From Amoebidium appalachense (Eukaryota > Protista > Ichthyosporea), in NCBI GenBank assembly GCA_963693365.1, contig CAVNZM010000005.1:12175728-12239727 (forward strand): a stretch of 64,000 nucleotides of DNA. Reading direction: 5' to 3'. Shown here piece by piece: positions 1 to 12,926 of this stretch. The notes below the pieces were generated by a model that saw only the letters and a list, made by a program, of their open reading frames with translations, had not been told where the DNA came from and made no database searches. The translations under genes were made by a program, and so were the position numbers. Within the stretch, counting starts at the first letter, position 1. Every line of letters starts with the position of its first letter.

Positions 1-112
1 GAGTAAGAAGAAATGGGTGTTGCGTGGGTACTGGGGTTGAAGCAAGCGTGTGTGTGGGGAGGGTGTAGGGAAAGGAAGGTCCGGGAGGGTCGGGTGGGGT
101 TGGGTCCGGGGG

Positions 113-167
<55 letters not shown>

Positions 168-209
168 GGAGTCTTTTTCTTTCTTTTTATTTTTTCAGGG
201 GGGGAATAT

Positions 210-246
<37 letters not shown>

Positions 247-329
247 TTTCGTGTGGTTGTTCGATAGTTCCGTACGATCTAAGAGCGTGATAGCAGTTTA
301 GGGAGGAAAGGCACAGGGGGGGCAAGGTC

Positions 330-419
<90 letters not shown>

Positions 420-515
420 AAGGAGGAGGCGTCCGGGGGGGTGGAGGGGCCGGGGAAGGCGCAAAGGCGGGCTGGGAGGAGGGGGGGGGGGGGGGGGGGG
501 GGGGGGGAGCACTAC

Positions 516-1013
516 CTCATGATCACTCAAAACCATGCTCGCTCCCTGGCCAGCAACTATCCTCTTACGGCAATATGTGGGCACCTCTGCCCCCTTGTCT
601 GTGCGGCTGTAATACACAAAGTCATCCACACGTTCTGGAACACTAATTTCTGCCTGTCCCGCCCTCTCCTGCATTGCTTGAAGCAATCTAGCTTGGAAAT
701 TAGACGTTTTCTTCATACACGCTTCCGTGTATGCATTTTCAGCTTCCACATATGCAGCTACCTGTGGGTTTTCTGGATCTTGTAACCAAGCAAAGTCATC
801 ACATCTTTTCACCCCGTGAAATGTCCCCACTAATAGAGGGCGTGGTTGGGGTATTGGAATCTGTTTCCTAGAGAAGGGGCGTAAGAGATTACGGAAGTTG
901 GTGGCTATGTGTCGTGTTTGATAAACTGAAAACGATGGCCTTGCTATTGCTGCTTGCAGTGAGCGAGCTGTGTGAGTGATGCGGCTGATGCGCCGCGCAA
1001 GGGCGGAAGCCAT
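516..1013 (-). CDS. Oligopeptidase B / prolyl oligopeptidase (S9A) family, first exon with probable mitochondrial presequence; gene likely continues past the window start
   Basis: HGVKRCDDFAWLQDPENPQVAAYVEAENAYT...SVPERVDDFVYYSRT matches the protease II N-terminus. The leader is Arg/Ser/Ala-rich. Donor GAG|GTAGT at 516/515. Confidence 0.85.
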
Positions 1014-1328
1014 GTTTCATGCTTGCTCCAAAAGCAACGATGAAGAGATTGAGGTAGCAGGTGTATCGCGGGCCAGCGGCAGGACGGAGTCCCGTGCTTC
1101 GTTGGTACAGCCTATGTGCATACAAGTTTTAGTTTTCCAATCGCTGCGACTTCCCTAATCGCCCATATAGATAGAATTGTTTTTACGTAGTTGCCGTAGT
1201 TGAGATGCGAAAATAAGATCGGAAACTAAAAGATCAACATTTTGTGTATTTTTAAGCTTGTGCCCCAGCCGCCGTTGAACTCAACCAAACGTTCAAGTCA
1301 ACACAACCATTCGCAACACACCTTCGGG

Positions 1329-1388
1329 GCTCCAAAAACGCTTGTTGCTGGTGTGCGAGCTCCAAAAACGCTTGTTGCTGGTGTACGA
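1329..1388. repeat. 30-bp tandem duplication in the divergent intergenic region
   Basis: GCTCCAAAAACGCTTGTTGCTGGTGT(G/A)CGA occurs twice in tandem. Confidence 0.9.
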
Positions 1389-1458
1389 ATCAAACTATCT
1401 ATATAGTATATATATATAGGTAGGTTATTGAAGTTTTAGAAAAAAGCGGGCAGGGAAA

Positions 1459-3509
1459 ATGGATACCGGAAACAAGCAAGACCCATCACAAATAGCCATG
1501 GAGGATGAGAACAAGACTGGACTGTCCCCAGAGAGGGAGAAAAAGAAAGGTGACCTTAGGACGAAGGAAACAGGCACAGATGAAGTGGAAAATTCTTTAC
1601 CTAGTGGATCTATCCATGCCAGTTCAGAAAACCAGCACGAAAGAATACAAAAAGCAGGTGATGTGGAAAGTAATCTTACAAAAACAGCGGCAGCGAATAC
1701 AGACGGAATAGAGGTACGCGGCACTTCCGACTCCAGATTAGGTCTTGCAGAGGGCAACGGAAACACACAAAGCACACCGACGCAAAAGAAAAATATCAAT
1801 AACGCTAGTCAGACTTCGGAACATCTACTGGCAGGCTCGAATGTTGTGGGTACGTCGAATGTCAATCTTATGGCGGAGAAAGATCCGGTAAAGAATGATG
1901 TGGTGAGTGCCCTGTGGATCTCACGTTAAGTAGAGAGGGTGGGTGGGTGGCAAGGTGTATGTGTATGCTGCTTTTGTGTGTGTGCTGTGAGTGTGGGAGT
2001 GGCTTTTTCTCTCTCTCTCGTTTCTCTCGTCTCTCTCTCTCTCTCTTTCCCCCCCCCCCCCCTTCTCTCTCTCTCTCTCTCCCCCTCCCCCCTCTCTCTC
2101 TCCCCCTCCCCCCTCCGCCCGCCCGTCCTCCCTCCCTTCCTCCCTCCCTTCCCCTCCCTCCCTCCCTCCCTCCCTCCCCCCCCCCCCCCCCCCCTCCCCC
2201 TCCCTCCCTCCGCCCGAACCTTACTCCGTCTTACTCTCTCACGTTCACTCTTCCTTTCCTTTACTCCCTCTCCCTCTTGCACTCTCTCTTTTGCATCCCC
2301 TCTCTCGCCTTTCCCCTCTCCTCTGCCCCTGTCCGCCCACGTTCTTTTTTACTGTTTCCTCTCCTTCTTGCCCCCCTCCCAACCCCCCCCCCCCCCCTCC
2401 TCTCGCCGCAGCCCTCGCTCTCCCCTGTCTCCGTCCGCCATCTGTGCATGTGCCTCTTTCCCTTTCTCCCTCCCTCCCTCCCTCCCTCCGTCACTCCCTC
2501 CCTCCGTCACCTCCCTCCCTCCCTCCCTCCCTCCCTCCCTCCCTCTCTCCCTCCGTCCTCTCTCTCTCTCTCCCCCCCCCTCCCCTCTCCCTCTCTCTCT
2601 GTGTATGAGAATTTGTGTGTGTATTTTGAGTGTGTGTGTGTATTTTGAGTGTGTGTGTATGGGGATGGCCGTGGGTGCATGCAGTCTCCTAGGAGACTAT
2701 CCCCCCCTGAAACAGTATCTGAGTTGGGTTTCGTTAACGAGGTGAATAGGTCGAAACTCGGGTACTGTGGATGACGTGGGCCCCCCCTGAGGATGGGCTC
2801 TGCTTATTATGCATACTCTTTATGTATGGCTTGCATTCTGCATCGTGTTATCCGTTTGTTCTTGTGTACTTCGTACTTTTTGACGCATTCAAACCCCCCC
2901 CCCCCCCCCCAATCTCTCTTTCCCCGCTCCTCCCCCTCTCTCCAATCTAAGAAGAGTGTATGCTTGTTTGTGTGCTTGTGTGTGCTTGTCTTCTTTGTGT
3001 CTGTGTCTGTTGATCTCTCCATGCATCGTGTGGGTGGGTGCGTGGGTGTGTGTGTGGTGTGTTTATATCTGTGTGGCTGTGGGGTTGTGCTCGAGGGTTG
3101 CTTGTGTTCCAGTGTGCCTGTGTCTGTACTTCACATCTGCTTGTGTGCTTCTTTGCACCTGTGTGTACGGGTGTATTTTATGTGGCGGTGTGCGTGTCCC
3201 CCGGGGGGGGGGGGGGGGGGGAGGGGGAGGGTGTGTGTGTGGGGGTGGGGGGGAAGGGGGGGAGGAGGGGGGGGGGGGGGGGGGGGATGTGTGCAATTGG
3301 ACCTGTGTATCAGGGCTGTCTTTTCCTCCATTGCCAATATGATTTTGTGGTTCCTGGAGGATGGTGTATGTGCTTGTGGTTTTGTTTTTTCAACCCTTCG
3401 TCTTTTTCTTTTTTTCCCCTTAAAAAAAGTTTTTTCCTCCTTTTTTTTTTTTTTTTTTGGAAAAAAAAAAAAGAAGAACCGTTTTTGATGGTGGTGGTGG
3501 TGGTGGTGG

Positions 3510-3549
<40 letters not shown>

Positions 3550-4096
3550 TGGCAGGCAAGACGGATGGGAACAAGGTGAATCATACTGGTATGGAGGCAG
3601 AGATTCGTTTGTTTGCTTGCTTGCTTGCTTGTTTGTTTTTGTTTGTTGTTTAGCAAAATATAGCCAACTGCACTTGCTTTAACATCATTGAAGACACCAC
3701 TCTCACCATCTGTGTGTGTGTGTGGTGGTGGTGGTGGTTGGGGGGGGGGGGGGGGGGGGGGGGGGGCAGAGAGAACCATTTTGTCAATGGTGACCAGGAA
3801 GAGAGGGCAGAGTCCGTGAGGAGGAGTTGGCATTTGGCTGAGGGGCGAGGTGGCGGGGGCGGGAAGGCAAAAACAAAAGAAGAGAGGAAGGCTGTAAACA
3901 CTTTGTAATCTGTAACTGATAGAATCTTCATTTGTTACAGGGGGGCAACAGTGTGGGTGTGGGCAAGGTGTCTGGCCAGCTGCCGACTGTGATGTTTGAA
4001 AGGGACTATAGTCGGGGCATGATGGCGCAGTTTGGCATGCAGTACCCAGACGCACTAAATGGTTTGGTAAAGGCACACTCCTCTCCTACCCTCTCT

Positions 4097-4127
<31 letters not shown>

Positions 4128-4292
4128 ACTCCCCTCCCCTACCCCTCCCCCTCCTCCTCCCTTTTTCCGTTTCAAAAAATTGAGCAGACATACGTGCTCC
4201 CAGGCACATCCACGTGTGCGCATGGGTCTGTACACACACTCCCGTACAAGCACTCAGGCTCGCACTGACTCGCCTACACAAACACATATACG

Positions 4293-4349
<57 letters not shown>

Positions 4350-5056
4350 CACGCAAAAGCTCCCTTCGACCCCTCGACTTCAACCCTCCTTGAGGATGGA
4401 CTCTGCTTATGTTGCATATTGTGCGCGTTGCTGATGTTGCATACTCGCATGTTTACTTCTGCATGTGTCCTGCGTTGTGTTTCTCATCCTTAAGCTGTAC
4501 TTTATAAGGTGTACCGGATACTGAGCTACCCTTCCCCCCCCCCCCCCAGGGGTCGAAACTCAGACGCAATTGATGACTTGGGCCCTCCCTGAGGATGGGC
4601 TCTGCTTATGACGCATACTGTGCGCATGGCTGATGCTGCATAGTTGAATGTTTGCCTTTGCATGTGTCCTGCACCATGCTTCTCATCGTGTATGCGTACT
4701 TCGTACTGTGTTCCGCATTCAAACCCCCCCCCCCCATGACGTGGGCCCCCCCTGAGGATGGGCTCTGCTTATTATGCATACTCTTTATGTATGGCTTGCA
4801 TTCTGCATCGTGTTATCCGTTTGTTCTTGTGTACTTCGCACTTTTTGACGCATTCAAACACCCCCCCCCCCCCCCCCCCCCCATCCCCCCAATGCCTTTT
4901 ATCTATTGTGGTGTTCTGTTTACTCCCCCCTCCCCCCTCCCCTCCCCCCTTTTTTTCCCGCCAAAGAAAGGCCTTTCCCCCCTTTTCTCCCACCATTTAA
5001 TGCATACCCCCTCTCCCTCCCCTCCCCCCCCCCCCCCACCCCACCCCCAACACACA

Positions 5057-5105
<49 letters not shown>

Positions 5106-5297
5106 TCACTCACTCACACACACACACACTTGTTGTGTCGTCTTAATCCTGCCTTCCTCTACCTCTTTTCCTCTCGTGTGCTGTTCATAGCTCTGCGTCA
5201 TAAGCATAGCTTGGGCCACTATTGAAAAAATCTTGAAGACCTCGGGGTATCTTGCTGTTTCTACGATCTTCTTCTCTTCCTTTCTGCGTGTGGCAGA

Positions 5298-5332
<35 letters not shown>

Positions 5333-5440
5333 GAAGAGAGGAGACAGAGAGCTGGAAAGAGAGAGAGGGGAAGACAGAGGGTGGGGCTGGTTTTTTTTTT
5401 GGTTTTTTTTTGGTTTGTTTGTTTGTTTGTTTGTTTGTTT

Positions 5441-5487
<47 letters not shown>

Positions 5488-5829
5488 GGACACAGTCTCG
5501 ATAAATGCAGATCGCAAATCTCCAGATCTGACAATCGATTACAGTTTGCGTCCGCGCGGAAGATTCCACACTTTTGGGGGGGTGGGGACGGAATCTTATT
5601 TTTCAATTAGAAGGTCAAGTTTTGGCCGTCCTCATAATCTTAGCCCGCCGGAGGGCGGGGGGGGGGGGGGGGGGGGGGGACTCGAGGACCATTGCACATG
5701 CAAGTTAGTGTATGCATCAAGTTGATAATAACGCTTGGTAACATGCTGGTAGTTCAAGCTAGCGGTGGCTATATATACCGTTTTGCTGTGTCGTTTACGT
5801 TTGTGTGTGCTCTCTTTGCAACGTTGGGG

Positions 5830-5894
<65 letters not shown>

Positions 5895-6392
5895 GGGGAG
5901 AGAGAGAGAGAGAGAGAGAGAGGAGAAAGGCCGGGTAAAAAAAGAAAAAAAAAGAAAAAAAGGGGCAGCTGAGCCGGACTCGAACCAGCCGGTGCAACTA
6001 GAAATGGATATTAGCTGTAAGTATTGAGTGAAATGCTGAAATTACAACTTTTAGGGGTGTTTATGTCGTGGATTGAGTCTGAAAACCTGCACCCCATGTG
6101 AAATTTAAAATAGGCCCGCCGGCGTAATCTTAAATTTTTTGGCAAAATCGGCGTCGACGGAATCCTGTTGGCGGACAATCTTGCACGCGGACTGACACTG
6201 TACACCTTGATCAGTTCGCACGAGAGATCTTGGAGCAGACAATTACGGGGATCAATGAGATCCTGTGGCGGGCGGAGGAGACCACACGTGACACGGTGCT
6301 GGAGGGGGTAGCTGCCTGCCTGACCTTCTATCTAATATATCTGGTCAAGGAGTCATACTACTCAAAGGCATGTACACCTCCCCCCCCCCCCC

Positions 6393-6424
<32 letters not shown>

Positions 6425-7466
6425 AACACACACACACACACACACAGACACCCCTTCCCTCCCTTCTCCTCTCCTAGTGGTGCTCTTTCGTGTGTGCTTT
6501 GTCGGTCGCAAGTGTTCACATCCCTCCCCCCCCCCCCCCCCCCCTCCCCCACCAGCCTTTGATGCATGCTCTTTGTGAACACCCTGTATGTTGGCCATTG
6601 TGAGTGTTTACTGTGTGGTGTAATGCGAATTCTATCACCCTCCCCATGCGATGCATGCTCTCTGTGTGTAATTTGCAAATTTTGTGCTGTTTTGTCCGTT
6701 GTGAATGTTCATTTGGTGCTGTAGTGTGTTCTTACCCCCCCCCCCCCCCTTTCCCCTTCCCCCCTCCTCTTTTCCGGGGACCAACTTATGTTGACGGGGA
6801 GTGGAGGCTGAGTAGGGTTTTAAATGGGTAGTCAATGGACTGAACCTCGGGTGCTCTGGATGGCTGTCCTCCCCCCCCCCCCCCCCCCCCCCCTGAAGGT
6901 GGGCCCTTCTTGGGTTGCATTCTTTTGAGGGTTTGCCCCTCCTTACACATTCTTACTTTTCCTTGGTCCTCCTCATGCCCGTGTACGATTACCATGTGAG
7001 GATTGAAATGTTGAACTTGGTACCACATTCCTACTGCCCCCAACACGCACACACAGACAATGACATGACACACAACACACGACCACACTATCACACACTA
7101 TCACACAGACACGCTATCACACGAATACACGTACATACACACGCGCGCACACACACACACACATACACATACACATAACACACAGGTGTACATGCACACA
7201 CACACGCACTCACAAGTACGCTCACGCATAGACACACCCACACACGTACACACACACGTACACACACACACAGTGCCTTGTGGAGCTAGACCGGTTCATA
7301 GCCGAGCAGAATGATGCTCACTACTTGCCTGTGGGCTTGGAGGTGCAGCACCCGATAGAGTCTGGATTCAGGATCATATCCTAACAACCCTAACAGTGTG
7401 TGTGCGTGTGCGTGTGCGTGTGCGTGTGCGTGTGCGTGTGCGTGTGCGTGTGCGTGTGCGTGTGAA

Positions 7467-7497
<31 letters not shown>

Positions 7498-8001
7498 TGT
7501 GTGTAAGTATGATTATGTCTTTTGGAGATCGGGTATGCTTGTGTGTGTCTTGTTTGCATGCCTGTGTGCATTCCTACTGGTGTGTTCGTGGTCACTAAAT
7601 GAAGGGGTCTTCGCAAAGGGGGGTAGGGGGGGGGGGGGGATGTATGTGTGTGTGTATGGTGGTGGGGGGGGGAGGGGGGGGGGGGTTGAAATATGGGTTA
7701 CCCTTGTCATACACGTGGTTTGTGTGTGTGTGCGTGCTTGCGTGCGTGCGTGCTTGTGTGCATTCGTGCGTGCCTGTGTGTGTTTTGTGTGTTTGGCATT
7801 TGCTTCCTGCCTTCTTTATTACTCTATTATGGGGGCTTCTTTTGTTCCCTTTTTCCTTTAAATCCTCTTTTCTTCTTCTTTTTTTTTGGTTTGTGTGCAC
7901 ATGTGTGCGTCCGTGCGTCCGTGCGTCCGTGCGTGCGACGTGCCTGCGTGCCTGCATGTTTGGCTTTCTATGGTATGGGGGGATTGGGGAAAGGGGGCGG
8001 G

Positions 8002-8044
<43 letters not shown>

Positions 8045-8125
8045 ACTTACCTTTTCTCTGTGTGTGGACCTCTGTGTGTGGACCTTAACCACCGGCACTT
8101 GGTTATCGGTCCCGTCAGACGATAA
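1459..8125 (+). CDS. GOLGA7: Golgin A7 / ERF4 family palmitoyltransferase subunit; exons 1459-1902, 3941-4066, 6215-6367, 7274-7375, 8099-8125
   Basis: Spliced product ...VMFERDYSRGMMAQFGMQYPDALNGL|FAREILEQTITGINEILWRAEE...LEGVAACLTFYLIYLVKESYYSK|CLVELDRFIAEQNDAHYLPVGLEVQHPIESGFRI|LVIGPVRR* aligns by eye with GOLGA7. All junctions are phase 0. Linkage of the hydrophilic first exon is inferred from phase only. Confidence 0.88.
2708..2893 (+). mobile_element. Poly(C)-embedded structured element, subfamily 1, 5'-truncated
   Basis: Near-identical to the reverse complement of 46274-46460. Flanked by C-runs on both sides and ends GCATTCAAA. Confidence 0.8.
4388..4858 (+). mobile_element. Head-to-tail stack of three poly(C)-associated elements (diverged ~4388-4510; subfamily 2 at 4548-4723; subfamily 1 at 4736-4858)
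   Basis: Each has GAGGATGG(G/A)CTCTGCTTAT. The latter two end GCATTCAAA and are separated by C-runs. 4548-4723 is near-identical to the reverse complement of 49074-49249. Confidence 0.8.
5542..6200. mobile_element. Tc1/mariner-like MITE in GOLGA7 intron 2
   Basis: TA|CAGTTTGCGTCCGCGCGGAAGATT versus right-end reverse complement TA|CAGTGTCAGTCCGCGTGCAAGATT: an imperfect 24-bp TIR with TA flanks. Confidence 0.6.
6368..7273 (+). other. GC-AG intron of the GOLGA7 homologue
   Basis: AAG|GCATGT donor and ACACAG| acceptor are needed to keep the family alignment in frame. Confidence 0.8.
7376..8098 (+). other. U12-type (minor spliceosome) AT-AC intron
   Basis: 5' site ATATCCTA; branch site ACCTTAAC at 8082-8089; terminal AC at 8097-8098. 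Splicing gives GFRI|LVIGPVRR*. Confidence 0.88.
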
Positions 8126-8575
8126 TGGAAGTTTGAAGTGGGTAAAGATCAACCCCCTGTTAAAGCAGCAACATCAAGAGGTGCCCCGCAGCTGACCCAC
8201 AAAGGCAGGAAACTGGAAAGGTTGTGTTTTTTTAGCAACTGTGTGCTGTTGGCTGTTTTAAACGGTGGTTTCGCGTTATGTGCCGAGGTTGTGTAGATGT
8301 AGGGGTCGTTGTGTGGTTTATTTGGTGATCGATATTATATGTGCTGTGTTTAGATTAGGTTTGTGCAACACCCAAGTTATGTTGATGGGCTGTGTGTGCA
8401 TTCATTCACATGATAATACAATTGCAACATACAATCGCAAACCGGCGCACACTTCACAAAAGACTTGCACACTTACACGCACCCAAACAACATGTAGTAT
8501 TGAGTTTGACGTAGGAAGGCCTTTGACACGTGCCAAGCCTTGTACATAATCGGATACTATTTCATCAAGGGGGGG

Positions 8576-8620
<45 letters not shown>

Positions 8621-8895
8621 AGCTATAGATGTGTATCAGGCCATGTTTCTCTCTGGCTGTGAAATGAATGAATGAAGCCTAAATGTATTACTATCGTATG
8701 TATGACCTCTCATGGGGTGCAGCTATTAAATATAGAAAGCGTACCGTGACGTAGCCAACTTGGCAACGATTTACAGTATAATACTCGAACCCACTTGATA
8801 TACCGTGAATTGTCACAGTGAATGCGAGAGAAGTGTCCCTGGCTCAGTAAGATTCAATCCACATGTACACCTACGTCCTCAGGCCGCCCCCCCCT

Positions 8896-8926
<31 letters not shown>

Positions 8927-9756
8927 CCCCCCCTCCGGCCCCTTCTCCACGAGCCCCTTGAAAAGCCATACGGATGCTTTTGTCGGCTACATACGTGACA
9001 GGTCGACCTCTTGCTCCCCTAGCTAGCTCACCCGCGCCCCTCCCCTCCCCTTCCCCCCCCTCCCCTCCCCCCCCCCCCCCCTTTCCCCCTCCCCCCCCCC
9101 CCCCACCCACCCCTGCCCCAACCAATCAAACGTTTCATCATGCCCCACCAGTGGCCATGGCCCACCACCGCTATTACTTCCCAGCTTTAGCCTAACCCAG
9201 CCACCCCGGCATCGAAGAATAACTGAGGAAGACAACACTGTCAGTGAATGTAGCTAGGCCTTAGCAATAGTTGGGCTGAATTCAATACAAGAAAGATTGA
9301 GATCACTTGAATACAGCCCAAGTAAATGTATATGGCATGTGACATCAGTACGTACATGCACAGCCCATGTTATGGGTTCTGAAGCGCCTAATACTCAATT
9401 GTTGTAGGGCCCAGTGTCTCATGTCACCAATTCCAACAGGCGCATGCACACATGTGCGTTTAGCTGCTGATTGCTACTAGTACTAAAGTCTTTTATTTCG
9501 GCACGCGTTGCATGAAGTGGGGATGGGTGTGTGGGGACCCGGGGGTATCGATGGCCAGCTGCAGTGTACCTGCACGACTACATCATTTGCGTGGCGTGCA
9601 CTGACTGTAGACATGTGCTGATGTGTGTGTATATCATGTGTGTGTGCATGTACAGTGTGATCCGTGATGCTGGTTGAACGGTGTGGTTGCGGTGGACAGG
9701 TGTGATGGTGATCGAAGTACCGGTGGTGGTGGTGGTGGTGGGTGGGTAGAAAGGAA

Positions 9757-9789
<33 letters not shown>

Positions 9790-9900
9790 GGGGGGCAGGC
9801 TGAGGGGACGGATGTGTTACAAATTCGTAGTGCACATTTACGTCGAACAACACAAACCGTCACACAGATTGCCACACACTCACACCACACAAAGTGCATG

Positions 9901-9974
<74 letters not shown>

Positions 9975-10784
9975 TGTCAATGTACTTGCCGTTCCACTCA
10001 GGTTTCAGTCATGTGCATGCCCATGCACGTGTGATTTTCGTTTTTTATTCATCATCATATCCGAGTATATGTGCATATACTACTGTACTAAGTTATCTAG
10101 TATTTACTCCACATTGAAAATCTTCCAACGCGAATATCTCGCATGCATACCCGAATGCATCTGGTGAGAACTTCCATCTATGTAGCTGCCGCCATTTTTC
10201 AGCGCTCTTCTTTTGTGCACTATCAACGAGCGCATAACTCTGTACATTCATCATCTAACTAATTTCTGATCTAAATCACTTGCAATGTCCGAATGGGATA
10301 TAAAACAGTATGAAACAGCCAGATTTTTGTACTGAATGAAATCTAGTTGAATCAGCTATTAACAGGAATGGCATTAGGCCGACACATGTCATTGCAAGAT
10401 CGAATGCATACACAGAGATACACTTGATGGGCCATTTGTGTCTGAAATTCATGTATTTGCAATATTCGAACTCTGAGCCTCTTTCCCGTCAAACCAAAAA
10501 GCCTTGGAACTGACAGGCAATACCATCTTTTACCATGACCACAAACCTCTCATGTGTTCATGTTCATCCGAATCTAAATCTCGAATCCTCGGCTAATCGC
10601 ATGCTAAAAACAGCGTCGGGCCTAAGCCAGCCTATGCCTGACGAGGGTACATATGGGCGCCATCACCCAAATCGACCTCGATTGCTTGGGGGGGCTCGTT
10701 TTGTGGACTTGACTTTGAATTCCTGTGTGGAAATGATTATATGTAGTTAATATTAGCGTGCGTGTGTGTGGGCAGGTGGGGGCC

Positions 10785-10818
<34 letters not shown>

Positions 10819-10848
10819 GCAGAACTTCATACATAATGGCAACTTCGA

Positions 10849-10890
<42 letters not shown>

Positions 10891-10923
10891 CATGGGTGTG
10901 TGTGTGTGTGTGTGTGTTCATGG

Positions 10924-11012
<89 letters not shown>

Positions 11013-11525
11013 TGCGCACGTGTGTGTGTATACCTGCACAGACACATTGCGTAGTTATCTTTCTGTATGTATGCAGGCGCACCGATACACATCTATGTAT
11101 GTGTGCATAACATGACTCATGATACTGATGTCCCGCGCGCCAGGCCGCGCCTACATTTCCGTGTGTACGTGTGTACCTCTGTGTGTGTGCTTGCGGCACA
11201 TACATGTGCATGTGTGTGTGTCTATGTGTGTGTGTGCGCGCGCGCGCGTGTGTGCAAGTGTGTCTGTGCGCACTTGTGTTAACTTCAGTACGACAACACG
11301 GATTCTCTGATCATCAGTAAATATGCTTTCGGGCACATATGCCAGCTCTGAAATTTAGGTACTGGTATTGTCATTATCATCTCTATAACATAACATATAT
11401 TATCATTTATTGCTACAAGCTCAGGCTAAAAAAGAATACGAAACTAGCCTATACCTATACTTATTCATGAACCTAAAAGCTAAGCTACGCCTCCACAGCG
11501 TACTACTAGGCTAGATGTGTGTGTG

Positions 11526-11557
<32 letters not shown>

Positions 11558-11589
11558 CGCGCGCGCGTGTGCGTGTGCGTGTGCGTGTG

Positions 11590-11718
<129 letters not shown>

Positions 11719-12717
11719 TGTGTGTGTGTCTGTGTCTGTGTTTCGTCCTAATAGTATGCATGTGTGCATGCGTGCCTGCCTGTGTGCATGTGTACGTGCA
11801 TGAGCCCATGGCCCATGCAAGAGTGCGCACCAAAGTGTGTGCCCCACTACTAGTAGTATTCTCTGCCCTAATCAATTGTTGGCAAAAATGGCCCGTGTAC
11901 CATGTGCAGTGGGAAACACACACACTCCATGCCCACACCCAGGACATGCAACCCTAATGTAAAACCATTCAGGTTCAATAGCAAAACCACAGCCGCAAGC
12001 ACCATTAGGACACCTTACTGCATGCGGTTGCATAGGGTAGGCTGGGTATTTAGGTGCAGGCAGAATCGGGCGGTGTTGTGTGCTCTGCAGGTGAGGCGCC
12101 GGTCGTTGTTGTGGGGGGGGTTGTTGGGTAGCGTGAAGAGAAGGCTGTGAAGCCCTGAAAGCAAACGATTGTATTCGCACTACAGACTCATCATAGCTGT
12201 GGTCTACCCATAACTCTTTACCCATCGGTCCGTTGGTTTTCTTTTTCGTGCTGCTCTTTGCGCTTGGACCGGGAACTTTGCGCAAACTCATTTTGGATTT
12301 TTGCGAACCATTAATGTGCTTGCTCTGTGATTGGCTCAGATGCTTGCTCTGTGATTGGCTAGGATGTTTGCTCTGTGATTGGCTGGCTGGTGGAGCTGCA
12401 AAATCCTCCATCCTGCATCCATCACCGACATCATACTCTAGACTCATTTCTACAGCCTGCGCAATTGAAGCACGGAACTGACGGTCTTTCATGATTAGGT
12501 CTAATTTACCTTTCACTTGCTTTTCCTGCTTTGGTCGGAGGGCCAGTAGTTTTATCTGTTTTGTTTCAGCTAGGTCACGCAGTGCGTTGTAGTTGGAAAG
12601 CAAATTGGCGGTGGTCAGATTGATGCCGTTTGCTGCAAATGCATCTATCAGATGCTCCGCTACTGTGGACTCAGCCCTGTTCCATGGTCCTTGCCGAACC
12701 TGGGAGGGAGGGGGGAA

Positions 12718-12758
<41 letters not shown>

Positions 12759-12891
12759 AGGGGGGGGTGATAATGATGAAAAAAAAGGCCAGCAGGGTAA
12801 CAACTTTCGGAGGTAGTCGGGGGAAAGCGGGTGAGGGTAGGGCGGGGTAGGGGGGAGTGGTGGTGGTGGTGGTGGTGGTGGTGGTGGTGGT

Positions 12892-12922
<31 letters not shown>

Positions 12923-12926
<4 letters not shown>

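Noticed and set aside
2880-2910. TTCAA end reminiscent of IS200/IS605 or Fanzor omega-RNA ends
   Set aside because: It is followed by poly(C) rather than a variable guide, and no TnpB/Fanzor ORF is in the window.
4388-4858. Tandem repeat units resembling a CRISPR-like array
   Set aside because: Units are homologous along their length with variable 5' ends, there are no unique spacers and no cas-like genes. Stacked insertions explain them better.
8620-10750. Possible left terminus of the large transposase element
   Set aside because: Only weak CTGAATTCAA similarity near 9275; no TIR or TSD could be defined.
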